A stretch of 64,000 bases of DNA, from NCBI GenBank assembly GCA_032128115.1, contig JAQBHB010000047.1, positions 192,001 to 256,000 on the forward strand. Reading direction: 5' to 3'. How positions within the stretch are numbered: position 1 is the first letter of the stretch; the number at the start of each line of letters is the position of its first letter. The stretch comes from Deltaproteobacteria bacterium. Lineage in GTDB: Bacteria; Myxococcota_A; UBA9160; SMWR01. Made by a program: the position numbers and the translations under genes. The notes beneath the pieces are model-generated. The model did not search any database, was not told the origin of the DNA, and saw only the letters and a list, made by a program, of their open reading frames with translations. Below, in pieces: positions 50,627 to 59,961 of this stretch.

Positions 50627-51892
50627 ATGCGCGCCCTTGCGGCCACGAGTGTGCGGTTCGTGCTGGGGGTCGCGCTGGGGGCCGGACTTGGCGCGTGCTC
50701 CCCCTCCACCGATCGCCCGAGCATCCTGGTGGTCACCCTGGACACGCTGCGCGTGGATCACGTGGGGGCCTACGGGTGCGACCCGACGCTCACGCCCCAC
50801 CTGGACGCCCTGGCGGCCGAGGGCCTGGTGCACGACGCGGCCTACACCACCATGCCCACCACCGGCCCCGCCCACCTCTCGCTCTTCACCGGCCTGTATC
50901 CGGTGGAGCACGGCGGGCGCGCGAATGGTCAGCCGGTGGCCGATCGGTTCGCGTCCCGCTCCCTGGCGGCCCGCCTGGCCGACGCCGGCTATGCCACCGG
51001 GGCCTTCGTGGCCACGTTCCTGATCGGCGCGAGCGAGACCGGCCTGGCGGGGTTCCGGATATACGACGCCCCCGCAGTCTCGCGCCGCGAGGGCCGTCAA
51101 GCCGTGGACGCGGCCCTGGCCTGGCTCGACTTCGAGGCCCTGCGCCCGGTCTTCCTGTGGGTGCACCTCTATGACGCTCACGCACCCTACGGGACCACCA
51201 AGGAGAAGCGGAGGTTCCGCCAGACGGAGCCGCTGTATGGCTTCGTCCGCCGCGAGCGCTACGCCTCGCTCGAGGAACGAGACCGCATGCGCCGCCAGTA
51301 CGCGCGTGGCGTGCAACAGACGGATCGTGAGCTCGGTCGCCTGGTGCAGCGTTTCCGCGAACAGGTGAAGGGGCCCGCGTTCATCGTAGTGGTGGGCGAC
51401 CACGGTGAGAACTTCGCCGAGCACCTGGCGGAACGCGGCTGGGCGTGGGATCACGGCGAGTATCTCGACCCGGAGAGCGTGAGGATCCCGTTGGTGGTGA
51501 CGGGGCCGGGAGTGGCGCCGGGTCGATCGCCGGGGACCGTCTCGATCCGCGATCTCTACACCACGCTGCTTGCGTCCGCTGGGCTGGGTGACCCGGACGC
51601 GGCGCGAGAGGGTCGGCGGGATCTTCGCCAGGCGAGTGATCGCGATCGCGCGGTGCGGATCGAGCGCCGCACGTTCGACTCCCAGGTGCCGGATTCCGTG
51701 CGGCGCCACGCCGCCGCCGCCGCGGACGGGGAGAATCTGGTGGTGGTGGGCGAAGACGGCGCATCCACCACGGCGACGAGCCCGGGCGCCCTGCTGGAGT
51801 TGGCGCGCGACGGATTGCTGCCTCCGGAGCCGCCCCGCGACCTCTCGCCGGAGACCCGCAAGGCCCTGAAGGAGCTGGGCTACGCCGAGTGA
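50627..51892 (+). CDS. Sulfatase-like alkaline phosphatase superfamily lipoprotein
   Basis: LGAC lipobox; VTLDTLRVD, TTGPAHLSLFTG, HLYDAHAPY, GDHGE, LKELGY. Confidence 0.87.
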   Translation: MRALAATSVRFVLGVALGAGLGACSPSTDRPSILVVTLDTLRVDHVGAYGCDPTLTPHLDALAAEGLVHDAAYTTMPTTGPAHLSLFTGLYPVEHGGRANGQPVADRFASRSLAARLADAGYATGAFVATFLIGASETGLAGFRIYDAPAVSRREGRQAVDAALAWLDFEALRPVFLWVHLYDAHAPYGTTKEKRRFRQTEPLYGFVRRERYASLEERDRMRRQYARGVQQTDRELGRLVQRFREQVKGPAFIVVVGDHGENFAEHLAERGWAWDHGEYLDPESVRIPLVVTGPGVAPGRSPGTVSIRDLYTTLLASAGLGDPDAAREGRRDLRQASDRDRAVRIERRTFDSQVPDSVRRHAAAAADGENLVVVGEDGASTTATSPGALLELARDGLLPPEPPRDLSPETRKALKELGYAE

Positions 51893-51908
51893 GGAGCGCG
51901 GCCCTGGC

Positions 51909-52700
51909 TCAGTCGAGCCCCATCAGCTTCGCGATTCCCACCCGATGGCCAGCGGTGTAACCTCCGTCCACCACCAGCGGGTGGCCCGTCACGAAGGAGG
52001 CGTCGTCGGACGCCAGGAACAGTGCCGCCGCCGCAATCTCTTCTGGCCGGCCCACGCGCCCGAGCTGGTGAGCGTCGATGAAGCGGTCGCGTTGCTCCTT
52101 CATGTCCTCGCTGAAGATCCCGGCTGTCATGTTGGTCTGGATCAGACCCGGGCAGATGCAATTGGCGCGGATGCCGCGACGCCCGTAGTCGATGGACAGG
52201 TTTCGCGTGAGCAGGACCACACCGCCCTTGGACGCGTTGTAGGCGCTGCCTCCTTCGAAGCCCTCCAGGCCCTCGACGCTGGCGATGTTCACGATGCTGC
52301 CGCTCCGTCGCTCGAGCATGTGGGGCAGCACGTGCTTGCACGCCAGGAAGGTCCCCTTGAGGTTGATGTCGAGCACCCGGTCCCACTCGGTGGCGTCGAG
52401 CTGGTGCACGGCGCCGCCCCCGGCCACGCCCGCGGCATTCACCAGGACATCGATGCGTCCGAAGCGCACGGCGATCTCCGCCACAATGGCGGCCAGCGAA
52501 TCCTCGTCTCGGACGTCCACCTCGTGGAAGCTCGACTCGGGCTGCGCCTCCTGTACCGACTTCCAGGCGGAATCGCTGGGCAGGACCACGTCGAGGCCGG
52601 CCACGCGCGCGCCCTCCCGGGCGAAGCGATCGGCGCAGGCCGCGCCGATGCCCGCGGCGGCTCCGGTAACCACGGCGGCACGACCTTCGAGACGTCCCAT
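51909..52700 (-). CDS. Short-chain dehydrogenase/reductase
   Basis: TGAAAGIG, NAAG, YNASK, VDGG. Confidence 0.93.
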   Translation of the reverse strand: MGRLEGRAAVVTGAAAGIGAACADRFAREGARVAGLDVVLPSDSAWKSVQEAQPESSFHEVDVRDEDSLAAIVAEIAVRFGRIDVLVNAAGVAGGGAVHQLDATEWDRVLDINLKGTFLACKHVLPHMLERRSGSIVNIASVEGLEGFEGGSAYNASKGGVVLLTRNLSIDYGRRGIRANCICPGLIQTNMTAGIFSEDMKEQRDRFIDAHQLGRVGRPEEIAAAALFLASDDASFVTGHPLVVDGGYTAGHRVGIAKLMGLD

Positions 52701-52749
52701 CGCTCACTCCCTCCCGAATCGTTCAACGTCAGTCCTTCAACGTCAGTCT

Positions 52750-54747
52750 TCAGCGCACCCAGATCTCGTAGCTCGTGGCGCTGAGCTTGCGGCTGAAGCC
52801 TGCCGACTCCAGCAGCCGGCGCGCCTCCGGGGCGGCCTTGGAGTTTCGCAGACACACCCCCTTCACGTCGAACGCGTCCAGGCCCCAGGCGAAGGTCTGG
52901 CGCGCGCGCTCGTCGACCTGTTTGCCTGCCACGTACGCCGTCATCGAGCGGCGGGCGTCGACGTTCTCCCGTACCAGGAATTCCACACGCTTCACCATGT
53001 ACTGGAGGCGCGCGAGAACCGGGTAGGCGTGGGCGTGGAAGGTGGGAACCCAGGCGCTGATGCGCGGCGGCGCCACGACAGTGGATCCCGCCGGAACGCT
53101 GTCGTTGAGGGCCTTGGCCCAGCGGTAGGCCGGGTCGGGCACCTTGAGGCCGGGCATTCCCACGCGGATGCCCACGTTGTCGGCGCCGCCGTTCTCCTGG
53201 CTGAGGGCGCTGTAGCGCGGAATCCACAGGGCGAAGGCCACGAGCGCGGCTGCGCCGGCGGCGACCCCCGCGGCTCGGAGCACGGGCCTTCCGCGCAGCT
53301 GGAGGGGAGACGTGAGTGCCAGGGCCATCAAGACGGGCACCGGCAGGCTCCAGAGGCTTCGCCAGTAGGAGGGCCCCGTCAGGTTGGCAGCCACCCAGTC
53401 GCGAGCGTACGGGTTCAGCAACACGAGCCAGACGCCCAGCGGCACGGCAATCGCGAAGCGCCGAGCGAGCCCGCTCGGACACAACGCCCAGCCCGCCAGG
53501 GTGGATGCCAGGGCAACCGTGTACAAGCGAGAATTGCCAAGCACCTCACCCAGCACGTGGGGAAGGTCCGGCCAGTCGGAATCGCCCGACAACATCTCCG
53601 CGAGCGCCGTCTGCATCTCGCCTCTGAGGAGCAGCCCCGCGCCCAGGGGATAGACGCTGGTCAGTGCGCCCAGGGCGAAGCGTCGCAGGCCCTCCCGATC
53701 CGGGCGCAGGGCCGCGCTCATGGCCAGCCAGGCGCCCGCCGGTGCCGCCCAGATCGCCGACGAGCTGCACCCCACGGCGGCGATCTGCGCCGCGGCCAGG
53801 CCCAGCCAGGTCATGCCGCGCGGCTGCAATGCGAAGCGCAGGGCGTAGGCGTAGATCAGCGGCATGAACACGAACAGGTAGATGGCCTTGCCCTGCCAGA
53901 TGCGAACCAGCGCAAAGTTTCCGTACCAGCGATGGGCCTCGCCCGCGGCCACCAGAACCACCAGCGTCGCAGCCACCGCAAAGGGCCAGTCGCGGGGGGT
54001 GAGCAACCGGAAGAGTGCCGCCAGGGCCAGGGGAACCAGCAGCGCGGCCAGCGATGCGGAGATCCAGTGGAAGCAGTGGATGGCCGGGATGCCCGTGAGC
54101 AGGGAAAGCGCCGCGTTGGCGAGCTCGTAGCTGTGCAGGCGGTGGGCCGGAATGTAGAGAGGCAAGCCTTCGATCCCCAGCAGGGTGTCGCCCGACCACA
54201 GGGCGCGGCTCGGGACGTCGGCGGCTGCCACGGCGGCATTGATGTAGAACGTGTCGTCGAGGTCGGGGCGATGGGTGACGAGCGCCACCGCGACGCAGGC
54301 TGCCGCGAGCCCCCAGAGTGCGAGTTCGAAGCCCCGGCTCCGGACGGCGGGCTCGAAGTGCGGGGCCTCGGCCAGCAGGAAGGCCGCGGCTGCGACACCC
54401 AGTGTGAGGAGCCCGCCCCACCACAGCCCGGCCTCGCCGTGCAAGGCCAGCACGGACACGGCCAGTCCCCCGGCCAGGCCCGCGGCGCGGATCCCCCGTT
54501 GCGCCGGAATCGGAAGCCGCACGTCGCCGCCGGCAGGGGGCACATCGGGCGGCGCGAATCGGAGGCGGCGGCCGAGCCAGAGCGACGCGGTAGCCGCAAC
54601 CGCCGCCGTTGCCGTGTAGAGCCCGATCAGGTGCCACAGCGATCCCGTGGCGGCCACCACCGCGTGGCAGCACAGCGTCCACAGGGAAAACGCCAGCACG
54701 ACCGCATCGCAGAGCCGGTCGCTGGTCGCTGCCCGGTGTCGCGTCAA
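52750..54747 (-). CDS. Large polytopic membrane protein (DUF6077-like, possible GT-C glycosyltransferase)
   Basis: Many TM helices, DLDDTFY acidic loop, RIWQGKA, YWRSLWSLP. Confidence 0.65.
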   Translation of the reverse strand: MTRHRAATSDRLCDAVVLAFSLWTLCCHAVVAATGSLWHLIGLYTATAAVAATASLWLGRRLRFAPPDVPPAGGDVRLPIPAQRGIRAAGLAGGLAVSVLALHGEAGLWWGGLLTLGVAAAAFLLAEAPHFEPAVRSRGFELALWGLAAACVAVALVTHRPDLDDTFYINAAVAAADVPSRALWSGDTLLGIEGLPLYIPAHRLHSYELANAALSLLTGIPAIHCFHWISASLAALLVPLALAALFRLLTPRDWPFAVAATLVVLVAAGEAHRWYGNFALVRIWQGKAIYLFVFMPLIYAYALRFALQPRGMTWLGLAAAQIAAVGCSSSAIWAAPAGAWLAMSAALRPDREGLRRFALGALTSVYPLGAGLLLRGEMQTALAEMLSGDSDWPDLPHVLGEVLGNSRLYTVALASTLAGWALCPSGLARRFAIAVPLGVWLVLLNPYARDWVAANLTGPSYWRSLWSLPVPVLMALALTSPLQLRGRPVLRAAGVAAGAAALVAFALWIPRYSALSQENGGADNVGIRVGMPGLKVPDPAYRWAKALNDSVPAGSTVVAPPRISAWVPTFHAHAYPVLARLQYMVKRVEFLVRENVDARRSMTAYVAGKQVDERARQTFAWGLDAFDVKGVCLRNSKAAPEARRLLESAGFSRKLSATSYEIWVR

Positions 54748-55529
54748 TCAGCGGCTCGGTTCGACCCGCTGGAGCTCCCGCGCCGCGTGCGCACCACGAA
54801 GTTGCCCCGCTTCTCGTCGAACTCCAGATCGATCAACCCCTGCTTCTCCTGGTCATCCAGCATGGCCGCGAACGAGTTGTAGCCGTAGTGCTCCTCGTTG
54901 AAGCCGGGGAAGACGCGCCGGATCGTCTGCTTGACCATCGAGCCCCAGATCGTGTCGTAGTCCTTCTCCAGGGAGCGCACGATCTCGAGCACGCGCTCCG
55001 ATGCCTCCTGGCGCTTCTTGGAGGCGGGCGCTGCTTCCGGCTGGGGCGGCTTGGCCTTCTCGGCGGTGCGCGCCAGGTCGTCGTAGTAGATGAATTCGTC
55101 GCAGCTCTGGATCAGCAGGTCGGAGGTGGAACTCTTCACTCCGCAGCCGATCACGCGCTTCTGGTTCTCCTTGAGCTTGGCCGCCAGCGGCGAGAAGTCG
55201 CTGTCGCCCGACACCAACGCGAACATGTCGATGTGTTGCTTCTGATAACAGAGGTCCAGCGCGTCCACGACCATGTGGATGTCGGCGCTGTTCTTGCCGC
55301 TGGCCTTGGACTGGGGGATGTCGACCAGTTCGACGCCCTGGCCGTGGAACTCGCGCACGGCGCTGCGATACTTGCCCCAGTCGCAATAGGCCCGCTTGAA
55401 CACGATGCGCCCCTTTTCCAGCAAGCGCCTCAGGACCAGGTCGATCTTGAACCCGCGGCGCGGGCCGCGCACTCCCAGGGCCAGGTTCTCGTAATCCACG
55501 AAGACGGCAATCAACGGTTCTTCGGCCAC
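54744..55529 (-). CDS. NYN (LabA/DUF88, PIN-like) domain protein with C-terminal OST-HTH/LOTUS domain
   Basis: FVDYEN, KRAYCDW, GKNSADI, SGDSDF, FNEEHYGYNSF. Confidence 0.9.
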   Translation of the reverse strand: MAEEPLIAVFVDYENLALGVRGPRRGFKIDLVLRRLLEKGRIVFKRAYCDWGKYRSAVREFHGQGVELVDIPQSKASGKNSADIHMVVDALDLCYQKQHIDMFALVSGDSDFSPLAAKLKENQKRVIGCGVKSSTSDLLIQSCDEFIYYDDLARTAEKAKPPQPEAAPASKKRQEASERVLEIVRSLEKDYDTIWGSMVKQTIRRVFPGFNEEHYGYNSFAAMLDDQEKQGLIDLEFDEKRGNFVVRTRRGSSSGSNRAAD

Positions 55530-55695
55530 GCATTCTCCTTTTCAGTGGTACCGGGCACGGCTACGGGCAGACCCTGTCTGCGCAGATTGCGCCGGGGATG
55601 GGGCGATCGACCCGGAACCGGTAGGGCGGAAACGATCGGGTCGCGTCGCGGGGCCAGGTGGGGTCGGGCGGCAGATCGCGGGGCACGCGGGCAGC

Positions 55696-55983
55696 TTAGC
55701 CGCGGCCGCGCGGCGTACCCCCGGACACCCGAAACAGGGCGGCGGAAACCCAAAACAGGGCGGCGGACACCCGAAACAGGGCGGCTGGTGGCGGGGTCTC
55801 GGACTTGTCGGCCTCGTCACCGGCGAAGCCGTAGCCTTCCAGGTCTTCGGCTGTGGCCACGCGCTCGGTCTCGTGTTCCGCCTCGGACCGTATCACCCGC
55901 TTCTCGCGTTTCTCGGCGGCCTTCTCGGCCTTCCTGACTTCGCGCTGACGCTTGAGGACTGCAGTTCTGCTTTTTCTCGCCAT
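55696..55983 (-). CDS. Small Lys/Arg/Glu-rich hypothetical protein with repeat-derived tail
   Basis: MARKSRTAVLKRQREVRKAEKAAEKREKR; AGAGG RBS. Confidence 0.65.
   Translation of the reverse strand: MARKSRTAVLKRQREVRKAEKAAEKREKRVIRSEAEHETERVATAEDLEGYGFAGDEADKSETPPPAALFRVSAALFWVSAALFRVSGGTPRGRG
55722..55784. repeat. 21-bp tandem repeat x3
   Basis: cggacacccgaaacagggcgg / cggaaacccaaaacagggcgg / cggacacccgaaacagggcgg. Confidence 0.92.
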
Positions 55984-56208
55984 GGTTGCCTCTTCCCGAG
56001 TCGCCCCCCCCAGGGGACGTCGATTCCGATCGCCGCTGCCTCAGTTACCAGGGGCCGCGAGCAGCGCGGCACGCCCGTTCTCCTAGGGGGGCGCATAAAC
56101 TACACGGACACGGCCCGCAGGTCACGGGTGAGCTCGCGAGAAAGACCAGATCCCATCGGGGCTCTGATCCGGAACGGTCTGAAATTCCTACGGTTTTTGC
56201 GCGCCGCG

Positions 56209-57216
56209 TCAGAGGTCCGTCGGGTCGTGGAGGAGCGGTTTGGGAACGGGTTCGCCCTTGCGCCGCGCCTGGCGCATGCGCGACACCAGGTCGAGGGCCT
56301 GGCGCAGGAAGACCAGGCCCAGGGCCACGTTCAGGATCAGGAAGATCGCGTTTACGGCGAAGGCGTACGCCAGCAGCGAATCCCGGGGGCCGAAATCCGA
56401 GAACAGGGCCGCCCAGGCCAGCTCGCGCGTGCCGAAGTTGCCCAGCGTGGGGACGATGAACGCCAGGTAGACCAGGGGCAGGCGCGCCGCCATGGCGCCC
56501 CAGCCGATGGGCACGCCGAAGGCGCGGGACGCCAGCCACTGGATCACCACGTCGAAGATGGCCAGGCCCGCGAAGCTCCAGAAAAAGGGCTTCAGGTCCC
56601 GCAGGCTGAATCGGCTGAGCCAGGTCTGGAGGCCTGCCATTCCCGGCAGGGGTTTCTCGCGGTTGCGGGAGATCCGGAGTGCGATGGCGACCGCGAATAC
56701 GCCCAGCCACATGGCACCGACGGCTGTGAGCACATCTCGATTCCCGGCGATCCCGCCTTCGATGAACGGCAGGGCCAGGGTCATCTGCAGGAGCATCACC
56801 ACGAAGTGCATTGCCACGGGGACCATGCTCGCGGCCAGAACCGCGATGGCCCGGCCTCCGCCCAGCTCGGCGCGACCACCGGCCAGCTCGATCAGGCCCA
56901 GGAAGAAGGCGGCGTCCGAGAGTGGATTGCTCACTGCTCGCAGCAGTTCGGATCCGCCGCGCATGGCGAACACGGAGCGGTAGGGCACGTGCACCACGAA
57001 GCGGCGGATGGCCAGGGCCTGCAGCCACGTCCAGATCACGAAGAAGCCCAGGCGGTCGGCGCTGGCGCAGGCCACGAAGACCGGACCGTTGGCCTGCTCG
57101 ATGGCCGCGAGAAGGCGCTGCCAGTCGGTGGCCCAGCCGAAGACGTAGGCCAGCAATCCGGCCGACACCAGCCACGGGAGCACGTGCCGCAGGCGCGGCG
57201 ACAGCTTGACCTTCAT
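56209..57216 (-). CDS. Lysylphosphatidylglycerol synthase TM / flippase-like membrane protein
   Basis: PWLVSAGLLAYVF start, several TM helices, PTLGNFGTRELAW. Confidence 0.75.
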   Translation of the reverse strand: MKVKLSPRLRHVLPWLVSAGLLAYVFGWATDWQRLLAAIEQANGPVFVACASADRLGFFVIWTWLQALAIRRFVVHVPYRSVFAMRGGSELLRAVSNPLSDAAFFLGLIELAGGRAELGGGRAIAVLAASMVPVAMHFVVMLLQMTLALPFIEGGIAGNRDVLTAVGAMWLGVFAVAIALRISRNREKPLPGMAGLQTWLSRFSLRDLKPFFWSFAGLAIFDVVIQWLASRAFGVPIGWGAMAARLPLVYLAFIVPTLGNFGTRELAWAALFSDFGPRDSLLAYAFAVNAIFLILNVALGLVFLRQALDLVSRMRQARRKGEPVPKPLLHDPTDL

Positions 57217-57407
57217 CACGGGATCGTAACCGAATCCGGCTCGCCTCGATCCGGTGGAAACCGCCTGGGGGTGGCGATTTTCGCAGCCAGCTGCCGGATG
57301 CTGAGGGCCCTTGTGCCAGGCCTCACGAAGGCTTGCGTGCGGCGCCTCTTGCGCCGATAAGCGGAGCGGGCCCGATCGGCGACGATTGCCGGACAGGCCA
57401 GAAGCCG

Positions 57408-57890
57408 ATGGAAGACCTGGAGAGAGCCGTGAGTGATTCCGGCGACCTGGACGCTGAGGCCGAGTCGGATCGCCGCGCCGTCGCCGAGCGGCGCGATGCA
57501 CCCACCCGGCTCTGGGACTCGGTATCGGGGCGCTCGCGGCGACATCGCGGGCGGCGGATGTACGAGGCCGCCAACACCTACGTGGATGCCTACCCGCGCC
57601 GCGATCTATTGCTGCTGATTGCGCTGTTCAGCCTCAACATCCTGGACGCCCTGTTCACCCTGATCTGGCTGGCCAAGGGCGGGGCCGAACGCAATCCCCT
57701 CATGCAGCACCTGATCGAGTCCGGCGACCAGGTCTTCGTCAACGTGAAGCTCTTCATCTCCGGCATCGCCTTCCTGGTGCTGATGGCCCACAAGAACTTC
57801 CAGATCGCGCGCGCAGGACTGCGGTTCCTGTTCGCCGTTTACGCGGCACTGTTCCTCTATCACGTCTATCTGCAGCTGGGCAATTTCTAG
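57408..57890 (+). CDS. DUF5658-like small membrane protein
   Basis: Arg-rich N-terminus, LNILDALFT...GGAERNPLM, three TM helices; alternative start GTG 57429. Confidence 0.7.
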   Translation: MEDLERAVSDSGDLDAEAESDRRAVAERRDAPTRLWDSVSGRSRRHRGRRMYEAANTYVDAYPRRDLLLLIALFSLNILDALFTLIWLAKGGAERNPLMQHLIESGDQVFVNVKLFISGIAFLVLMAHKNFQIARAGLRFLFAVYAALFLYHVYLQLGNF

Positions 57891-59327
57891 ACGGCCCGGG
57901 GCCGCTTCGGCCGCACTCTCGACTCCGTGGTTCCAGAGGCGGACGGCATCGTCGCGGAAGTGCGGGATGCAGACGCCCGCGTAGAAGAGAAGCACGGCGA
58001 GGGCTGCGTAGAGAACCGGTCCCCGCAAGTGCGCGCGAACCTCGCGCGAATGGAGCACCGCGTAGCTCGCGTACACGATCAAGAGTGGCAGCCACGGCAT
58101 GCGGAACCGTGCCGTGGCATTGGCGAGCACGTGCACCGCGCCGACGCTGGCGAGAACCAGGCAGGGGAGCAGTCGACGACCGCGGCCGGGCGCCCCGGCG
58201 ATTCCCGCAACCGCGCCCACCAGCACCGCGGTGTATGACAGCACGGTCACCACCAGGGCGATCCGCACCGCGCCCGGCGACGGATCGTGATACCCGTCGC
58301 GTTCGATCTTGTAGAAGAGAAGGGAATCGGGGCGCAGCAGCAGGGCCAGATTGCGCACCAGCTTCTTGAAGATCCACGTGGGCTGCGCGCTGCGCACCTT
58401 TTCCAGGGTCTGCTCGCGGGCGAAGTCCATGCGTTCGAGTTCGCCGCGCAGGCTCAGGTAGCGGGCTTTGAAGCGCCCGCGCTCCACGCGGGAGTGGAGC
58501 CAGTCGGGATCGTCCAGGGAGTTGCCCTCCGCCGCCGCGAACCATCCGATGGTGGCGACGGGTACGAAGCGACCCAGGGCGCGGTGGTTGCGCAGGGTCC
58601 AGGGCAGCACCACGGCGAACGCCACCGCCAGCAGCAGGGCGCCCCGCCCGAGGGCCGCACGCCGACCCGCGGGCGGCGCCATCCACAGCCCCCAGAAGGC
58701 GCAGACGGCGGCGACGGCGATCGCGACTTCGCGGGTGAGCGCCGCCACCCCGAAGACCGCCCCGGTAATCGCGGTCAGGAGCAGGCTCTGGCGTTTCTCG
58801 CCGTACACGACTCCGATCAGCGCCAATGTGATCGCGACGGCGAAGAAGTTCTCGGACCACAGATAGTGGCTGTGGGCGACGAGTGTCGGGTAGAGGGCCG
58901 CAACGGCTCCGGCAAGCCAACCCGTGCGGGCGCCAAAGAGTGCCGCGCCGAACCACGCGGTGAGTCCGACCAGCGCGGTGCCGAGCGCCACCTGCACCGC
59001 GAGCAGCGCGATGCGCGAGTCTTCCAGGTTGCGGGTCCAGCCGTGACGGCTCTGGTCGATCCAGTGGGACAGCAGCCACGGGTAAGCGGGCGGGCGCAGC
59101 GCCACCAGCTCTTCCGAACGGTGCAGGATGCGGCCGCCGGGCTTTACCACGACGGATTCCCGGTACCCGTGCCCCAGGCCCACGGCCAGATCCACTGCGA
59201 CCCGGGCGTAGTAGAACTCGTCGCCGAGCAGCGGCGTGGGGGGCAGGGCAGGCTGCAGGGCGGCGACCCGCACCGCTGCGGCCACCGCCAGCAGACCCGG
59301 GACCGCGAGTGCTCTTCGCCAGGACAT
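57606..59327 (-). CDS. ArnT/PMT-like (GT-C) membrane glycosyltransferase
   Basis: GDEFYY, RPPAYPWLL, LYP, WSENFF, LTRE, PWTLRN, RFRMP; the last ~95 codons are antisense to the neighbouring gene. Confidence 0.82.
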   Translation of the reverse strand: MSWRRALAVPGLLAVAAAVRVAALQPALPPTPLLGDEFYYARVAVDLAVGLGHGYRESVVVKPGGRILHRSEELVALRPPAYPWLLSHWIDQSRHGWTRNLEDSRIALLAVQVALGTALVGLTAWFGAALFGARTGWLAGAVAALYPTLVAHSHYLWSENFFAVAITLALIGVVYGEKRQSLLLTAITGAVFGVAALTREVAIAVAAVCAFWGLWMAPPAGRRAALGRGALLLAVAFAVVLPWTLRNHRALGRFVPVATIGWFAAAEGNSLDDPDWLHSRVERGRFKARYLSLRGELERMDFAREQTLEKVRSAQPTWIFKKLVRNLALLLRPDSLLFYKIERDGYHDPSPGAVRIALVVTVLSYTAVLVGAVAGIAGAPGRGRRLLPCLVLASVGAVHVLANATARFRMPWLPLLIVYASYAVLHSREVRAHLRGPVLYAALAVLLFYAGVCIPHFRDDAVRLWNHGVESAAEAAPGRLEIAQLQIDVIEEQCRVNGEQEPQSCARDLEVLVGHQHQEGDAGDEELHVDEDLVAGLDQVLHEGIAFGPALGQPDQGEQGVQDVEAEQRNQQQ

Positions 59328-59347
59328 AAAGCGATCGGAGCGGCTCT

Positions 59348-59767
59348 CTACCACTCTCCCACGTTCTGCATGGACGCCCACGGCTCCTCGGGTGCCAGGG
59401 CCGCGCCCATCTGGAGGAGTTCGATGGAGACGCCGTCCGGCGAGCGCACGAAGGCCATGTGCCCGTCGCGGGGCGGTCGATTGATCGTGACCCCGCCGTC
59501 CTGGAGGCGCTGGCAGAGGGCGTAGATGTCCTTCACGCCGTAGGCCAGATGGCCGAAGTTGCGCCCGCCAGGCAGCTCCTCCGGATCCCAGTTCCAGGTG
59601 AGCTCGACCTGAGGGTCCGGATTGTCCGGCGCGCCCAGGAACACCAGCGTGAAGCGACCCGCTTCCACGTCGATCCGCCGCTGCTCGATCAGGCCCAGCT
59701 TGTTGCAGTAGAAGTCGAGCGACTCTTCCAGGTTCGAGACACGCACCATGGTGTGCAGATATCGCAT
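59348..59767 (-). CDS. gloA: Lactoylglutathione lyase (glyoxalase I) / VOC family protein
   Basis: YLHTMVRV, FTLVFL, ELTWNWD, FGHLAY, FVRSPDGVSIELLQ. Confidence 0.88.
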   Translation of the reverse strand: MRYLHTMVRVSNLEESLDFYCNKLGLIEQRRIDVEAGRFTLVFLGAPDNPDPQVELTWNWDPEELPGGRNFGHLAYGVKDIYALCQRLQDGGVTINRPPRDGHMAFVRSPDGVSIELLQMGAALAPEEPWASMQNVGEW

Positions 59768-59961
59768 CTTGTCCTCCGTCTGACGGCGGCCCAGGGTAGC
59801 CGAGCGCTTTCGGCCCGGGTTCCGATAGGGGTTCAATTCTCCAGCATGTGGGACTAAAGCCACAAGCGGATCGATCCGATACGGTTTTCCGAGCGCACTG
59901 GGTTTCCGCTGAGGATCCCTGGCGCGCTCACGCAGGAGCTCACGGCGCACGCCGTCGGAGG

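Noticed and set aside
8150..54882. Long alternative ORFs (e.g. 8150-10222, 10455-12707, 17076-19205, 41970-43943, 52285-54882)
   Set aside because: They are antisense or off-frame shadows of well-supported genes, expected at high GC, and show no recognisable motifs.
54744..55529. NYN nuclease as part of an anti-phage or toxin-antitoxin system
   Set aside because: It is a common stand-alone NYN-LOTUS architecture, with no defence or mobility genes nearby.
55722..55784. 21-bp repeats as a mini CRISPR array
   Set aside because: The copies are directly adjacent with no spacers, and there are no cas genes in the window.
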